A stretch of 64,000 nt of DNA from an uncultured Chloroflexia bacterium (lineage in GTDB: Bacteria; Chloroflexota; Dehalococcoidia; DSTF01; JALHUB01), in the NCBI GenBank assembly GCA_963726245.1, contig CAVSBT010000015.1:128001-192000 (forward strand). The letters run 5' to 3'. Position numbers and translations under genes: made by a program. Shown piece after piece: positions 62,014 to 64,000 of the stretch. The notes under the pieces were generated by a model. That model did no database searches. It was not told where the DNA came from and worked only from the letters and a program-made list of their open reading frames with translations. How positions within the stretch are numbered: position 1 is the stretch's first letter; each line of letters opens with the position of its first letter.

Positions 62014-63330
62014 ATGGCGCGAATTCGTATCGGGCGATGGGCGTGGGTGCTGGTCGTCGCGTTGGCTGCCGTGCTGGCGATGTCGGCCTGCGGTGGAGAC
62101 AACAACGAGGAAAAGACGCCGACGGCGGGGACACCACAGGCGACGGGGGCGCCCGCCTACACCCCCGGCCCAGGACAGACCAATGGGGTGACCGATACAG
62201 AGATCCTCCTGGGGGGTCACCTGCCCCTGAGCGGGTTCGCCGCGGCCTGGGGGGTCAACCTCAAGGCCGGGATGGATGCCTGGGTCGCCTACGTCAACGA
62301 CAATGGGGGCGTGAACGGTCGTAAGATCAAGCTGATCATCGAAGACGACCAGTACACCGGGCCGCTTGCCTCGGAGGTAGTGCGGAAGCTGGTGGAGCAG
62401 GACAAGGTCTTCGCCATCGTGGGAGGCCTGGGCACGGTTCCGGACACCGCCGTCTACAAGTACTTGGAGGCCAACGGCGTCCCCGACATGTGGCTCCTTG
62501 CCGGTCTGTCGAAGCTTACTGACCCCGCCGTCAAGACCCGCTTTAGCTATCTGGTGGACTACACTGACGAAGGCAGGATCCTGGGCGAGTACATAGCGAA
62601 GAACTACCCGGGGAAGAAGGTAGGGATAATCGAGCAGAACGACGAGTTCGGGCAGGAGGGTGAGAAGGGCATTCGCGAGGGTGTCGCGAGCGCGAACAAT
62701 GAAGTCGTCGTTGAGATGTTCGAGACGACCGAGAGCGATCTTTCCGCGCAGGTGCAGCGGCTGAAGAACCAGAATGTCGATGTCATGGCCATCTACGGTG
62801 AGCCCATTCAGGCAACGAGCGCGATCAGGAATGCGCACGAGACCCTCAACTGGAAGGTGCCCGTCGTGATCACCGGCGTGGACGCCGTTGAAATCGTGGG
62901 GGCGCTCGCTGGCTACGCCAACATCGAGGGTACCGTCAGTGTGGTCTTTGGCCATCAGGCCTATGAGGCGGACTGGCCGGGCATTGCCACGTACCGCGAC
63001 GTCCTGGCCAAGTATGCGAGTGGAAAGACGCCCGAGAACCTCACCCTGACGGGCGCTTCCATCATCGACTTCACGGTGAAGGTCCTAACGGACGCCGGCC
63101 CGGACCTCACCCGCGACAGCTTCCTCAAGGCCGCCGAGTCTCTCTGCGGCTACGAGAGCTTTGCTTCTTTCAAGGGAGCGGGAGTGAAGCTGAGCGCCAC
63201 CGACCACCGCCCCATCGAGGCGGAGCAATACGTGAAGGCGACGATGGACAATACCCAGAACCCGCCGCTCTTCAAGTGGCAGGCGATCGGCGAGCCAATC
63301 AGCTTCGAGAGCACGCCGAACTGCAAATAG
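62014..63330 (+). CDS. ABC substrate-binding lipoprotein (LivJ/PBP6 family), copy 1
   Basis: Lipobox MSAC, GGVNGRKI, EDDQY, KLVEQDKVFA. Confidence 0.9.
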   Translation: MARIRIGRWAWVLVVALAAVLAMSACGGDNNEEKTPTAGTPQATGAPAYTPGPGQTNGVTDTEILLGGHLPLSGFAAAWGVNLKAGMDAWVAYVNDNGGVNGRKIKLIIEDDQYTGPLASEVVRKLVEQDKVFAIVGGLGTVPDTAVYKYLEANGVPDMWLLAGLSKLTDPAVKTRFSYLVDYTDEGRILGEYIAKNYPGKKVGIIEQNDEFGQEGEKGIREGVASANNEVVVEMFETTESDLSAQVQRLKNQNVDVMAIYGEPIQATSAIRNAHETLNWKVPVVITGVDAVEIVGALAGYANIEGTVSVVFGHQAYEADWPGIATYRDVLAKYASGKTPENLTLTGASIIDFTVKVLTDAGPDLTRDSFLKAAESLCGYESFASFKGAGVKLSATDHRPIEAEQYVKATMDNTQNPPLFKWQAIGEPISFESTPNCK

Positions 63331-63349
63331 GTTCAGTGGCTGAGCATAG

Positions 63350-63381
63350 AGAGGGGGCCGGTTCTCGCACCGGCCCCCTCT
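63350..63381 (+). terminator. Hairpin between the two SBP genes
   Basis: AGAGGGGGCCGGT..ACCGGCCCCCTCT. Confidence 0.6.
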
Positions 63382-63411
63382 TGCGCTGCTAGAGCAGCAA
63401 TAGGGGGTGCC

Positions 63412-64000
63412 ATGGCGCGAATTCGTGTCGGGCGACGGGTATGGCTGCTGGTTCCGGCCCTGCTGGCTGCTGCGCTGGTCATATCTGGCTGCGACGGAGG
63501 ATGGAGGAGGCGAAAGGGACACCCGCAGGCGACAGGGACTCCTGGGGGGCAACGTCCCCGGAGTCACCGACACGGAGGTTATCCTCGGGTCTCACCTGCC
63601 ACTGAGCGGCTACGCGGCCGCCTGGGGCGTCGACATCAAGGCGGGGATGGACGCCTACTTCGCCTACGTCAACGACAACGGGGGCGTCCACGGCCGCAAG
63701 ATCAGGCTGATAGTCGGAGACGACCAGTACACGGGTCCCCTGGCCTCTGAGGTGGTCCGGAAGCTGGTCGAGCAGGACAAGGTCTTCGCCATCATGGGAG
63801 GCCTGGGCTCCGCCGCTCACAGCGCCGTCTGGAAGTACCTGGAAGCTAACGGCGTCCCCGACATGTTCATTCTCACCGGCGACTCGAAGTGGACGGTCCC
63901 GGTGGTGAAGACCCGCTTCGCCTGGCTGGTGGACTACATCACCGAGGGCAAGATCCTCGGAGAGTACATCGCTCAGAACTTCGCAGGCAAGAAGCTGGGT
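63412..64000 (+). CDS. ABC substrate-binding lipoprotein copy 2 (frameshifted near 63500-63550; runs off the window)
   Basis: Start nearly identical to copy 1; GVTDTEVILG, HLPLSG, GGVHGRKI, KLVEQDKVFA. Confidence 0.85.

Overview
High-GC bacterial chromosomal segment, mostly housekeeping genes. Gene content and sequence style (GuaB3, DnaX C-terminal tail, cdaA-cdaR-der-plsY, HEAT protein, LPxTG protein) suggest a Chloroflexota genome, probably Dehalococcoidia; this is inference only. It carries a class-V aminotransferase, serA, DUF1015, rph, comEA/comEC, argF, cdaAR, der, plsY, hisS, prfA/prmC, an opp-type ABC permease set, guaB3, rsmI/metG/tatD, dnaX-ybaB-recR-ybjQ-recO, ybeY, rel, leuB, comM, tRNA-Arg(CCG), PPi-type PFK, a ureohydrolase/ALDH pair and a liv-type ABC cluster. 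More than a dozen genes, including essential ones, carry single-base frameshifts, most likely long-read assembly errors. No integrase, intact transposase, phage module or CRISPR array is visible. The unexplained signals are mostly non-coding: two promoter-preceded structured-RNA candidates (41654-41776 and about 46015-46250), a duplicated 24-bp promoter module, GGAAC-core tandem-repeat palindromes at convergent gene junctions, and GTAG REP-like palindromes. Protein-level oddities include an LPNTG-tailed di-cupredoxin, a HicBA relic cut by the pfk gene, and a cyclophilin lacking its catalytic Arg.
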